DNA from: Diplonema japonicum
Lineage: Eukaryota; Protista; Euglenozoa: Diplonemea
DNA: 64,000 nucleotides
NCBI GenBank assembly: GCA_964019335.1
Contig: OZ025676.1
Location: 62,001 to 126,000 of the forward strand
Direction of reading: 5' to 3'
Part shown: positions 10,289-20,496 of the stretch, in pieces
How the letters are laid out: the number at the start of each line of letters is the position of its first letter
How positions within the stretch are numbered: the stretch's first letter is position 1
Translations under genes and position numbers: made by a program
The notes under the pieces: model-generated
The model's database searches: none
The model's input: only the letters and a program-made list of their open reading frames with translations
What the model was told of the DNA's origin: nothing

Positions 10289-10852
10289 TTACACAAGAAA
10301 AGAAGAGATAAGCATCTGAAGGGGCATGGAAAGGCGTTTCGCTTCGGTGGTGCTGCGACGGCGCTGCCACATAAACAGGTTGGCGATCTCAAGGTGTCGA
10401 GCTCGCCAGAGGAACAAGGTAGCAACAGAGTCGTGGCCATTCTCTTCTGCCAACTGGCTAAGGGATCTCCCTGAAGGACTTCGTATGCGGGGGTCTGCGC
10501 CGCAGATTAGAACCTGCTTCGCTACCTCCTCGATGCCGTCACTTGCTACTTTGAACAGAAATTCGGGATCGTTTGCACCCATCCACATCAGCTCTCGCGC
10601 CACACACGGCTTCCACAGCGCTGTTCGAAGAGCCTTGGAGCTAGTCTGCACACCCGCCGCCACCAACATCTTAATCATCTCCTCATTCCCCTTCAGAACA
10701 GCTATCTCCATCACCGTTTTCCCATCGTGTACCGCATTTACCCTCTCGTGAAACTCCTTATGGTCTATGCATTTCACCGCAACCTCTTCCAACTGCTGTC
10801 TAACCTCCTCTACTTCATTTTTTTCAATTGCCTCGAAAAAGCACTTTTTCAT
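10289..10852 (-). CDS. Ankyrin-repeat protein
   Basis: GKTVMEIAVLKGNEEMIKMLVAAG; GADPRIRSPSGRSLSQLAEENGHDSVATL. Confidence 0.85.
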   Translation of the reverse strand: MKKCFFEAIEKNEVEEVRQQLEEVAVKCIDHKEFHERVNAVHDGKTVMEIAVLKGNEEMIKMLVAAGVQTSSKALRTALWKPCVARELMWMGANDPEFLFKVASDGIEEVAKQVLICGADPRIRSPSGRSLSQLAEENGHDSVATLFLWRARHLEIANLFMWQRRRSTTEAKRLSMPLQMLISSFLV

Positions 10853-10932
10853 CCTTTCCCATATCTACCTATTAATAATATCGCGAGGGTAACACAGCTT
10901 CATGTTCATACTGTTAAGGGAGCGGAGGGGGA

Positions 10933-12459
10933 TTAAAGATTTGACGAGTCGAGGTAAGGAGGGGAGCCCATCCCCTTGTTCCTTTTTCTTTTCCTTTTGC
11001 CTGTTGTGTAAAGATGCTCATCCCAAGACTGTGCTAAGTAATCGGCGTCGTACCAAGCATGAGCACATGATGTGTTGTGGAGGTGCTCTGCAGCCTCGAC
11101 AAGCGCGGGGCGCAGGAGGTTGAATGAGACGTTCACATCGCAGCGACGCTTGCAGCCTTTCTGGTGGAGGGAAACGGGAATGTACCGAAGGTTGGACCTT
11201 CTGGCCATGAGGCGATAGTTTGTGTTGTAAGGGTACTCGCCCCACACCTCGACTAGGACTCCACTGTTCATGAACGCTGCCCACGTGAGGCCGTTGCCAT
11301 GCGTGCCGATCATGAGATCAGTGTTCGCTGCTATTTCTATCTGTTGCTTTAGCGGAAGGTCTTCAAACATCACAATCCTTACCTCCCCCAAAGGTTGTAC
11401 ATACTCGCTGAGGTCCTTTAGGTTTGTTATGTGAAGGTTGGCCTTCCTTTCTACGATGGTGATACGGGGCTTGCCACATGTAGCAGGCTGCCAGTCAATA
11501 CCCGAGGTCCGCAGCACTGATTCAACGGTCGCTCTCGAGCTTGTCGGCGTGATGTCAAACAACGGCACATGCCCCACAATCGCCTTCTTAAAGCACGTTC
11601 CACCCCAGTCCCGCAGCGACCTGACGTTTGATGGTTGCGAGGAGACGGCGGCCCACAGCCCCCATTGCACCGCATCCATGTACCTTGGGTTGTACGACTT
11701 CTTGTCGTTCCAGCTGCTGTGCGACCCAAACCTTTGAGGTGCAAAACCCGCCTTTAGAACAGCTATCTTCGGGTCTTCCGTTACCTTTTCCAGCGCTAAA
11801 ATGGCCTTTACGCCCATGATACATGCCCACAAGTGATACCCATAGGTGTCCCAGCACAATACCACTACAAGTACACCGGAGTCCTCAGCAGGCGGAGGGC
11901 TGCGTGTCCCATCAAGTGGCACGGACTTTGTGTCGCCTTCGTTGCATATCAGAGCTCTGTGATGTCCTTCTGAGCCCATGACCTGTATTCGCACAGGGTG
12001 CTCATTGTCGACGGGTTTTATGTACGGGAGATGCTTGTGCTTATTCGAAGATTTGTCCCCTCGTTGTTTATCTACAGACACACACACGGGGCCAAAAGTC
12101 GTGCTGCATCTCTTCTCTGTGATAATCCTGGGCGGTGGTTTGCTTCCATTCGCACTGTAGCTTGCAATCAGCATCATCTCATAGTCGAAGATCTCTTGGA
12201 TAGGAGGCTGCTTCTTTGTGCCCTGCAGGAATGTTGGGAGTCTAATGCTATGCACTTCAGCCGTGCCATTAACAGATTTTTGTTGCTCGATTGCTATTTT
12301 CACTTCTTGAACTGTTGTTCCCACATGATTGCGGTCATCTGCCTCTCTCGGTAATGGGGGGTTCTGCCCAGGGTGCCACGGCTGGTCTAAAGCCCCTTTG
12401 AGACCTGCTGCGAAGACGCCAAACCCTAGACATAGTATCACCTTTTCCCACAACAGCAT
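10933..12459 (-). CDS. Glycosyltransferase family 61 (DUF563)-like type II membrane protein
   Basis: RITIVERK...FEDLPLKQQIEIAANTDLMIGTHGNGLTWAAFM...LVEV; N-terminal anchor MLLWEKVILCLGFGVFAAG. Confidence 0.85.
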   Translation of the reverse strand: MLLWEKVILCLGFGVFAAGLKGALDQPWHPGQNPPLPREADDRNHVGTTVQEVKIAIEQQKSVNGTAEVHSIRLPTFLQGTKKQPPIQEIFDYEMMLIASYSANGSKPPPRIITEKRCSTTFGPVCVSVDKQRGDKSSNKHKHLPYIKPVDNEHPVRIQVMGSEGHHRALICNEGDTKSVPLDGTRSPPPAEDSGVLVVVLCWDTYGYHLWACIMGVKAILALEKVTEDPKIAVLKAGFAPQRFGSHSSWNDKKSYNPRYMDAVQWGLWAAVSSQPSNVRSLRDWGGTCFKKAIVGHVPLFDITPTSSRATVESVLRTSGIDWQPATCGKPRITIVERKANLHITNLKDLSEYVQPLGEVRIVMFEDLPLKQQIEIAANTDLMIGTHGNGLTWAAFMNSGVLVEVWGEYPYNTNYRLMARRSNLRYIPVSLHQKGCKRRCDVNVSFNLLRPALVEAAEHLHNTSCAHAWYDADYLAQSWDEHLYTTGKRKRKRNKGMGSPPYLDSSNL

Positions 12460-12517
12460 CCTGTGTGTGTCGTGGTGCAACAAACCGCGTAGAATACAAA
12501 CAAGTACAACTAACTGG

Positions 12518-13363
12518 TTACTTCTTGAAGGTGTCCAATTCCCATTCTGCGGAGGGGTCAACCCCCTCTCCCGGTCGCCTTCCTGTTCTGGCAATGAATT
12601 CTTCGCGTTCTCGCTGAAGCTTTGCCTCATGCACATGGAGGGCCTCTCGCTGTGCCTTGAGACGGGCTTCCTGTGCAAGAATCGCTTGCTCGTCAATGAG
12701 GGCGGTGCGGTGGGCCTCCTTAGTGGTGATGTGGCCAGGGGAGAAGCGGGTGTGGGTTTGGGGAACGTTTTCTTCTCTCTCTTGACTTGCGATACGTGCC
12801 AAGTCATCATCAGTGTACCTCGCAGAGGGCGGTGGTGGTTGGAAGGATGGTGTGGGTGATTGGAAGTAAGAAGACGGGCGGGGGTTGGTGTTTTGGTCTG
12901 GATTCGGACTCGACCGTGTTTCATACTCACGGCTAACCCTGCGGGGTTGCTGCCGGGCTTCATACTCACCAAAATCCGTCCTGTCTCTTTGGGATGAGGC
13001 TTTTCTGTATCCTCTTGGTGACTCATCCTCAAATGTCATTATCTCATTCTCATTGGGAAACACCCCTTGTCCCACGCGCTGCTTTGCGTAGAGCTGCGCC
13101 CACGGCTTCAACTGGCTTGCAAACCTCAACTCGTTCCATCTCTTCGTGCCCTCTGAATACACCACAAACCGCGACACATGGAACGATTCCTCACCCCCGT
13201 ACGTGTGCCGCCCCATCTCCTTCCCGTTCTGCATCCACAGTTCCAGCTGGAACAGCCTCTCCGTCTCGGCCTTCAGCTCTTCGAGGTTTGGTTTTATAGG
13301 GAACGCAATCTCCATGTTGTGTTTGACACCAGCCATATCAGCGCACACGCACACAACGTACAT
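12518..13363 (-). CDS. BILBO1 N-terminal-domain family protein with coiled coil
   Basis: VCADMAGVKHNMEIAFPIKPNLEEL...FHVSRFVVYSEGTKRWNEL...QLKPWAQLYAKQ matches the ubiquitin-like N-terminal domain of trypanosome BILBO1. Confidence 0.8.
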   Translation of the reverse strand: MYVVCVCADMAGVKHNMEIAFPIKPNLEELKAETERLFQLELWMQNGKEMGRHTYGGEESFHVSRFVVYSEGTKRWNELRFASQLKPWAQLYAKQRVGQGVFPNENEIMTFEDESPRGYRKASSQRDRTDFGEYEARQQPRRVSREYETRSSPNPDQNTNPRPSSYFQSPTPSFQPPPPSARYTDDDLARIASQEREENVPQTHTRFSPGHITTKEAHRTALIDEQAILAQEARLKAQREALHVHEAKLQREREEFIARTGRRPGEGVDPSAEWELDTFKK

Positions 13364-13471
13364 CTTGCTGTAGTCCTGGTGACGCAATGGGAAAGGATAC
13401 AAGAGCCCGTACAAGGTATAAAGCACTAACCTTAACCGGAAAAACTTATACAATACAAAGTGCGACTGATA

Positions 13472-15067
13472 CTATGGCTTATCAAACACCTCTTTGTAAT
13501 ATCGCGTCAAAAGCAAATTCAGGAGCTGAGAGGCTTGCTGGTGAAGAGGGACAATGTCGGCAAGCGATATTCTTGGAAAGACAAAGAGGTAAGGTGAGAC
13601 AGAAACGGAAAGTAGACGGGACTTGGACCCGTTAGAGGGCGAGTGGTACAGGATGGTGCTAAGGAAGTGCAGCATCCAGAGAAGGATCTGCTGGTACGCA
13701 TGTGGGATGGAGGGCCGGAAGATGAAACCTAAGGGGTCTAAGGGGTCCAAGTTGTTCTTAATGACACATTGGGTTATACACCCCAACACACCACCAGGAA
13801 TGGTACGCAGGTAGTACAGGAGATACTGGGCTACACAGCAAGCATCGTGCTCCTTAAGGCACCTCCCTTCATCGAGAAGAACTCTCCACTGCGTGGTGGG
13901 CCGGACCGACCCTGACAACCCGAGCACATCCTTTGTGTTTAGCCCGCCTTTGTTTATGATTTCTCTCTTGAGCCTGACCAAGATGCTTGGCACGAAGTAG
14001 TCACCGTCCTGTGTGAGTCCTATTTCGCTCAATGGCCGCCCTACCACACTCACCTCTCTAGGGATCGAGATTGATAGGAACTGCCTGAACCCAAACTCAG
14101 ACTCCAGCACGACCAGCTCCCGAACGCCGTTCCGCAAATGATGGTACGACGTGCTGATGAGAGATATCGGTATAGGGTGTATCTCTTTCTTTGACACGCT
14201 CCCAGAAGAACTGCACAGCACATGGAAGTCATACCCTGACGGCTGCTCTATCCCATACAGCTCCCGCGAGTGCATCCAGTACCGGTACGTCCTGCTCCCA
14301 GGATTCTTCAGTTTCACATCCTTGTAGACCCTGATCTCCGACCTCCCATCAAGGATCAAATCTTCCGTGAAATGGTGACAAGGGGTGATCACAGGGCCGT
14401 ACACGTCTCTTTTCCGTTCTTTTTGGAGGCTCTTGTTCGACAGTATAAATCCAACAAGATGGCCACGTAAGGTTTCTATTGCAGAGGAGTCCTTCTGGAA
14501 ATGACGTTTGTTCTTCTTCCAGTTTTCCATAGCTGCGTGTAGTTCAGAGGTGTAAATTGAGAGGGCGTGCTGCTGGTGGGCCTCTGCAGTCGCTGCAGGG
14601 ACTGAGAAAATAAAGGCAGAAAGTCGCTGAAGGTCTGTCTTAAGTATCTCTTTGCACGCATAGCATCGCAGGAAGAGGTCGATGGCGGAGTCGTGTGTGA
14701 TGCAGATGGAGTCCTTGAGGCGGGTTTTTTGGAGACCACGTTTCTCGCGTACTTGCTTCTCCGGCATGCTGTCCTGGTTCCTCAGCCTGTTGGCGTGTTC
14801 CGGCTGCAACGATGCGGGTGGTTGCAGCACGAACGCCTCCTTCAACTCTTCAACACTCATCCCTAGGTCCTTCTCCGTAACCTTTCCTAGCAGCGTTGGT
14901 TCTGACGGCATCCGCGTCGGCCCCACAAACGAGCTCAACAGAAACTCATCATCAGCAACCTTCAAGCTCGTCTTCGCTATCCCCTTCGGCACCCACTCAG
15001 GCAGCTTGTCATCCACATCGACATTCAGAATGTCGACGTGGGGCACGTCGTCACCATCAGTCCACAT
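13472..15067 (-). CDS. RhoGAP-like domain protein (degenerate catalytic motif); may be the 3' exon of the upstream gene
   Basis: VVGRPLSE...VPSILVRL...GGLNTKDVLGLSG...VAQYLLYYLRTIPGGVL...SNG...LSVSVSPYLF. Confidence 0.7.
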   Translation of the reverse strand: MWTDGDDVPHVDILNVDVDDKLPEWVPKGIAKTSLKVADDEFLLSSFVGPTRMPSEPTLLGKVTEKDLGMSVEELKEAFVLQPPASLQPEHANRLRNQDSMPEKQVREKRGLQKTRLKDSICITHDSAIDLFLRCYACKEILKTDLQRLSAFIFSVPAATAEAHQQHALSIYTSELHAAMENWKKNKRHFQKDSSAIETLRGHLVGFILSNKSLQKERKRDVYGPVITPCHHFTEDLILDGRSEIRVYKDVKLKNPGSRTYRYWMHSRELYGIEQPSGYDFHVLCSSSGSVSKKEIHPIPISLISTSYHHLRNGVRELVVLESEFGFRQFLSISIPREVSVVGRPLSEIGLTQDGDYFVPSILVRLKREIINKGGLNTKDVLGLSGSVRPTTQWRVLLDEGRCLKEHDACCVAQYLLYYLRTIPGGVLGCITQCVIKNNLDPLDPLGFIFRPSIPHAYQQILLWMLHFLSTILYHSPSNGSKSRLLSVSVSPYLFVFPRISLADIVPLHQQASQLLNLLLTRYYKEVFDKP

Positions 15068-15132
15068 CCTGCTGTGCTGTTCGGAGGCGGGATGTGAGAA
15101 GAAAATGTGGGGAAAAAAGGGGGAGTACTTGA

Positions 15133-16497
15133 CTATGCCACCTCAGCTTGTGCGTGGATCATGTTGTCCTGCACATCTTGCTTGGACACAATGGCAGTAT
15201 CACTTGCAGGGGACACAGGGTCGTAGTCTGCTGCCTCGTTCTCGTCTTCTTCCACGTCACCAGGGCCAGCAGGGCTGACATTCTCAAACCCTTCGTTCTG
15301 GTAAGTATCTTCAATTTCCGGCTCCTGTGTTGGATCTGGGACAGTGCCGTTTGGCACGCCTTGTACCTCCTGGATGCCCGCCTGCGCCCCTTCACCGGGT
15401 TCTTCGGAAGCAGGTGCGTTGCTCGAAGCAAGCACTTCTGCTTCTTTCCCAGCTTGAATGGTTTGAAGGACCTCGTGCTGCTGTAAAGCCTCATCCGGTC
15501 CCTCTTTTTCGATCGTTGCGTCCTCCATTCCTACTGTTTCTTCCTCCTCGATCTTTGTTAGTACTTCTTTCTGTTCTTCCTGTGTCTCGTTCTGTAGAAC
15601 TCGACTTCCTAACTCGTCAGTGCTTCCTGCCGTCTGGCTAACTCGGTCTTGTTCCTGTGCGGGTAGGGTCTCTGGGTCTGATACGTGCTCATCTTGTTTA
15701 CTGAGCTCATCTTCGGCTGCTTCCGGCTTCACTCTCGATGTCTCCCTTGAATCTAGCCACTGTGTGCACCTTGTATCGTACTCTGGCAAAAGCTTGTTGA
15801 AAGTCCTGTCGAACCTCTCTATTCCTATCCATTCGGCAACGGCAGCTGCCGGTACTACCTTCTTCACAGCGCGCTGCAGTCGCAAAGCATTGTGGATGCG
15901 CAACTTCTCTTCTTCGGTGAGTTTGGGACACCCTTCTGGAAGCAAGCACCAGACGTTGATTGCACACAAGAAAGAAGACCAGGGTACTGATGGCGATGTG
16001 CCGAACTGCTCTTCCCACAGCTCCGCAAAGGCAGGGTTGTCGGCAAAGCAGACGCTTGTAGGGATAGCAGTTTTCGTAAGTTCCACGATAGCTTGTTTAA
16101 TATATGGGGACTGGCAGCCCTCGATCTTTTCTTCGAAAACGCCGTTCTTGTACAGCAACACTGTAGGGCGTGAGCGGTTCTCTTGTTGCAAAAGGAAGGG
16201 TTGCCAGAATTCAGGCTGGGCATGAAACGTGCCCCTGAAGTTGGGCCGTGCCTCGTCACCCATGCTCTTCATGACCTGCGTGCCGTTGACCGCTAGGAAT
16301 TGCATGGTGGCGTTAAGCTTCTCCCCGCAATACAGAATATCCAGAAACATGTTTTGCAGCACAGCGCAGGGGCCCCACGCGTCCGCATATATATCCACGA
16401 CAGTCACGGCAGGCACGTCGCCTCCCTGCAGCGAGAGGTGTTTTATCAGGTCGTTCTTTGCCGTCACTTGGAAGACAGCCTCCTGTTGTGGCGGCAT
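15133..16497 (-). CDS. Thioredoxin-like N-terminal domain protein with acidic tail
   Basis: VTVVDIYADAWGPCAVL...SRPTVLLYKNGVFEEKIEGC; only one active-site Cys (WGPC); resembles axonemal TXNDC3/dynein-associated thioredoxins. Confidence 0.7.
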   Translation of the reverse strand: MPPQQEAVFQVTAKNDLIKHLSLQGGDVPAVTVVDIYADAWGPCAVLQNMFLDILYCGEKLNATMQFLAVNGTQVMKSMGDEARPNFRGTFHAQPEFWQPFLLQQENRSRPTVLLYKNGVFEEKIEGCQSPYIKQAIVELTKTAIPTSVCFADNPAFAELWEEQFGTSPSVPWSSFLCAINVWCLLPEGCPKLTEEEKLRIHNALRLQRAVKKVVPAAAVAEWIGIERFDRTFNKLLPEYDTRCTQWLDSRETSRVKPEAAEDELSKQDEHVSDPETLPAQEQDRVSQTAGSTDELGSRVLQNETQEEQKEVLTKIEEEETVGMEDATIEKEGPDEALQQHEVLQTIQAGKEAEVLASSNAPASEEPGEGAQAGIQEVQGVPNGTVPDPTQEPEIEDTYQNEGFENVSPAGPGDVEEDENEAADYDPVSPASDTAIVSKQDVQDNMIHAQAEVA

Positions 16498-16605
16498 TGT
16501 TGCCTGTCGAAGTGGGTTGCACAAGGGATGGTAAACAACTAACTTACGTAGAAAAAGTGTAAATGGAAGTGGGATGAAAACAACTAACTTTTATACGCGC
16601 ACACA

Positions 16606-16606
<1 letters not shown>

Positions 16607-16661
<55 letters not shown>
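16607..16661. repeat. 55-nt poly(A)/poly(T) tract (poly-T on the coding strand)
   Basis: Direct read. Confidence 0.9.
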
Positions 16662-16663
<2 letters not shown>

Positions 16664-16717
16664 CAAGGATCATAACTTTACTAAAAATAAGGCACTTGTA
16701 TTGACAAACAGAACTGA

Positions 16718-17830
16718 TCAAAGACTATCGCCTTGCAGGCAGGGGAGTCGCTTGAACAAAGGGGGTTCTGGGGTGTTTAGAACTGCAAAGTTACGTGTGG
16801 GAACTACGTCGTACCTGTAGAATTTCTTCGGTGGAGGGAGGCTGAGCATGGGTTCTCTTGGAGACAAAGCACGCATGTGGGCAGGCTGGTACTGCGTGTG
16901 TGACCGCATGGGGAGGTCAAAGATAGTAAGTACCTTGGAGCGGGACTCCAGGGGCGGGAGGGGGCGAACGGCTTTTTTCGCTCGTTTCTTTTGATCGGCT
17001 GGTTTGGATGGGAGCAGGAACACGTCCCCCCCCGACACGGAAGTCTGGCCGCTTCCATTGTACCCCCATACATGCAGCTGCTTGTTCTCGTCGACAGCCA
17101 AAGAGTGCATCCCACCTGCTGCGATGTGTACAATTTTGGAATGAAACACAGGCGGTGCGATCCGCCCATTCCCCTTGTGACCCCATCCGACTACTGACCC
17201 GTCATCAAAAAGAGCGAGGGAATGCCGCCCACCTGCCGCGACCTTCACAGGCCTGCCTGGGTAGGTGTCTGTATGTGGGGGGTTCGCCTGGCCACAGTCA
17301 TTTTTGCCCCAGCCATATATCTCACCGTTTGTAAGGATAGCCAGGGCGTGCCCGCCGCCTGCTGCAATGTAGGTAACCCGTGCGGCCATGGGTATATCGG
17401 GCTGTGTGATGGTTCCCCAGCACAGCACAACACCATTGTCGAGAAGGGCCATCGAGTGTTGCGAGCCTGCCGCGACTTGCACAGCACGACGCCGCAGGCA
17501 CGGCAGGTCGCTGTCTTTCTTGGAGCAACCCCATCCTATGACCCCGCCTTTTCGAAGCAGAGCTAAGGTGTGGGAACCTCCGCACGACACACTCCGCACC
17601 TTATCACACTGTGGGATGTCGAGACGTGCGTCGTGTTTCCCCCACCCCACCACGCTGCCGTCTTCGAGCACTGCCATAGAGTGCATCTCACCTGCTGACA
17701 CACACACAGCACGTTTTCCTCCAAAGATCCCGTTCTCGGGGACGGCTCTTCCCCCGCCGTTGGCACCCCACCCCAGCACAGTCCCATTATCACGTATAGC
17801 TACATTGTGGTAGGCCCCGGCAGCGGCCAT
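16718..17830 (-). CDS. RCC1/BLIP-II repeat beta-propeller protein
   Basis: About 7 repeats of VAAGxxHSxAL..DGxVxGWG. Confidence 0.92.
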   Translation of the reverse strand: MAAAGAYHNVAIRDNGTVLGWGANGGGRAVPENGIFGGKRAVCVSAGEMHSMAVLEDGSVVGWGKHDARLDIPQCDKVRSVSCGGSHTLALLRKGGVIGWGCSKKDSDLPCLRRRAVQVAAGSQHSMALLDNGVVLCWGTITQPDIPMAARVTYIAAGGGHALAILTNGEIYGWGKNDCGQANPPHTDTYPGRPVKVAAGGRHSLALFDDGSVVGWGHKGNGRIAPPVFHSKIVHIAAGGMHSLAVDENKQLHVWGYNGSGQTSVSGGDVFLLPSKPADQKKRAKKAVRPLPPLESRSKVLTIFDLPMRSHTQYQPAHMRALSPREPMLSLPPPKKFYRYDVVPTRNFAVLNTPEPPLFKRLPCLQGDSL

Positions 17831-17938
17831 TGGTCCTGGGGGAACGATGGATATTGGGGGAATACGGTAATAGTAATTTAATAAAAAAGGGGGAGGGGGA
17901 CGGGTTATAGTTTACTTCAAAATCTCTTCAAAATAAAA

Positions 17939-17982
17939 GATGTCTTTGAAGGGAACCTGCAGTATGTGACAGGATCGCCTAA
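17939..17982 (-). repeat. 44-bp dispersed stem-loop micro-repeat (family A), copy at 58241-58284
   Basis: 42/44 identical to 58241-58284; similar to the 3' terminus of the element at 54209-54691. Confidence 0.85.
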
Positions 17983-18059
17983 AATAAAATTAAAAAAAGG
18001 AAGAAAAAAAAAACATGTGTGTTTTCGTGTAATCAAAAAGGGAGACTGTGACAGAGAAC

Positions 18060-18266
18060 TCATGCAAGAACCTTGCACATGGTCTTGCACTCCCTCCTGG
18101 CGATCAGCTTCTTCGCCTTCCCGTTGCACCTAGAGGGAGACCTAGACCTCGACCTGGACCTGGACCTGCCACCGTTCTTCTGGAAGAGTTTCAAGCCACC
18201 CCTCCTCCCTACCAGGTCACCGGATGCCTCGAACATGCCACCCATGCCAGACATTAGGGATGCCAT
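18060..18266 (-). CDS. Small basic Arg/Ser-rich peptide, copy 1 (68 aa)
   Basis: MASLMSGMGG...GGRSRSRSRSRSPSRCNGKAKKLIARRECKTMCKVLA; differs from copy 2 by one synonymous base while flanks are unrelated. Confidence 0.8.
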   Translation of the reverse strand: MASLMSGMGGMFEASGDLVGRRGGLKLFQKNGGRSRSRSRSRSPSRCNGKAKKLIARRECKTMCKVLA

Positions 18267-18693
18267 TCTTTTTTTTCTTTTTTTTCTTTGTAAAGGTTTT
18301 TGTTTTTTGTGTAACACAACCTGAAAGAATGTGACGAACATCGACTGGAGAAAAAAAAGGGGGGGAAAAGACATCATTTTCTATAAAATGAGTTTCATAA
18401 GGTTCTTACGTTTTTTCTTTTTTTCCCTCACACTCTTATGCCAGCCAACGAGTAATTAAACATATTTAAAAATACATCCAAAGCAAACACAAATCAAAAA
18501 CAAAAAACAAGCACACCACGCAGCACAACCGCCTTCTTTTTCTTCTTCGAGTGCAAACCCCCTCCCGGAAGCAACTAAGAGGTTTACCGGATCCCTCATA
18601 GCATAGACTTGTCAAAGATCTGCCAACCCAACCTTGCTTGGATACAAGAAAAGCCGCCCAACCACGAAAAATAAAATCCTTCTCTCTCTCCCT

Positions 18694-20078
18694 TTAGTCA
18701 AAGACACCCGGGTTTCGAGGCCTGGGGTAAGTTGCACCATCGCACACAGCCCGGCCTTTTTGAATTCCTGTATTTTTTTTTTCCCTCCCTTTTTCCTCTC
18801 CCCTTTTATGTTCCCCCCAATACCTGTCCTCTCAAAAGAGCGTCCCTTATAAGACCCCCAAACATTAGTATTGAAACCAAAGGAGGCACGCATGGACTGA
18901 GGGTGCGCCTTGAACTTCTTCCCGCCTGTAGAGTCGAACGTTCTCCTCCTTTCAACATCGTCAAAATCGTTCTTCAGGTTGTCCTTTGTGATGAAGTCAA
19001 TGTACCCAGGGAAGGGCTTCTCCCAGAAGCCAGCGTCTTTAATACTGCTAGTAGGCGCGTTGAAGAGGTTGCGCTGCAAGTGGTACATGTCGAAGCCGTA
19101 GTCGATGAGAGACTGCACGTAGGCGGGGAACTTCTTCAGGGCGTCAGCGTCAGCGGCAGCCCTCTCGAAGTAGCCAGGGGAGTATTCGAACACAACGTTC
19201 TCAACGTTCCCTCCTTTCAGGAGGTTGGCCGCGCCCTGGAACACCTGCGGTTCAAACCCTTCGACGTCCACCTTCATCACGCACACGTTCTCGTTGGGAG
19301 ACACCACATCGTCCACCTTCTCGATGTCAACAGGGATTGCCTTGCCTTCTGCTGCTTTAGGGCGGCCTCCTGTCCCTGCAACGCCTGCCATCCCCCAGAT
19401 CCCCCTTGTCGGGACGCTCATGTACCCCACGCCGCCGGACGAGTTCGACACAATTTTCGAGCGCAGCTCGATGAGGTGCTCGAAGCCGTTCATACCGATC
19501 GCTGTCTCGAAGTACGTCCTGAAAAGCGGGACGGGCTCCCACGCCACTACACGGCAGCCGTGTGCTGCCGCAAGCAAACTGTACCACCCGAAGTTCCCAC
19601 CCACGTCGACCACAAGCCCAGGCCTCTTGGGATCGCGCTGGCAACACTCGCCAAGCAGATTCTGCCACACCCGTGTGATGCCCAGCTCGACAACCCTCCT
19701 CTCCGACAGCTGAGCACTCACATCAGTGTCCAACTTGGGGTCCGTGAACGCGGTGTAAAAGGAAGGTTTCGTCCATGATTTAGCAACCCTCATGGTAATC
19801 TCAGACTCCTGACTAGGCAGTGACGACATGTCTGCGATGGTGCGGAAAGTGTTCATGACGTCTGTTTGTTTCTTACTCTTCTCCTTTTCCTTCTCCTTCT
19901 GCTGTGGCAGCGACGACGACAGTTGCTGCAGCTGCAGCTTCATCTGCGATTGGACAGCCTGCGATATCTCTTGCGATATCTGTGGCTTTTCCCTTGGCTG
20001 GCTCACCTGCTGGCTATTGAAGATCACCACGCAAGAAACAAATAGCATCATGGCCCGGAGCTCCCATGGGTTTGCCAT
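18694..20078 (-). CDS. FkbM-family SAM-dependent methyltransferase with N-terminal membrane anchor
   Basis: VVDVGGNFGWYS...VVAWEPVP...VMKVDVEGFEPQVFQGA...VFEY; probable 56-nt GT-AG intron 18768-18823 gives a stop at 18694 (the unspliced ORF ends at 18612). Confidence 0.88.
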
Positions 20079-20178
20079 CTTTCACCTATGGGGTGTGCGA
20101 AGAATGGCAAAAAAAAAGAATAATATAATCAAGTACTTACTTAAATAGTGTGTATGTGTGTGTGGTATGTATCGCAGC

Positions 20179-20385
20179 TCATGCAAGAACCTTGCACATG
20201 GTCTTGCACTCCCTCCTGGCGATCAGCTTCTTCGCCTTCCCGTTGCACCTAGAGGGAGACCTAGACCTCGACCTGGACCTGGACCTGCCACCGTTCTTCT
20301 GGAAGAGTTTCAAGCCACCCCTCCTCCCTACCAGGTCACCGGATGCCTCGAACATGCCACCCATGCCAGACATTAAGGATGCCAT
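20179..20385 (-). CDS. Small basic Arg/Ser-rich peptide, copy 2 (68 aa)
   Basis: Protein identical to copy 1. Confidence 0.8.
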   Translation of the reverse strand: MASLMSGMGGMFEASGDLVGRRGGLKLFQKNGGRSRSRSRSRSPSRCNGKAKKLIARRECKTMCKVLA

Positions 20386-20496
20386 TGTTGTGTTGAAAAG
20401 TTTTGTGTAGTCTGTAGTCATGTCGTGTATCGATGCGAATATTATGAATAAAAAAGTTTGTGAATTGTGTGTACATTTTCTTTTCTTTTTTTTTGT

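Noticed and set aside
18060-18130. Calling the small peptides Kunitz inhibitors or CaaX-prenylated
   Set aside because: Only three Cys, no N-terminal Kunitz half and no signal peptide; the last Cys is at -5, not -4.
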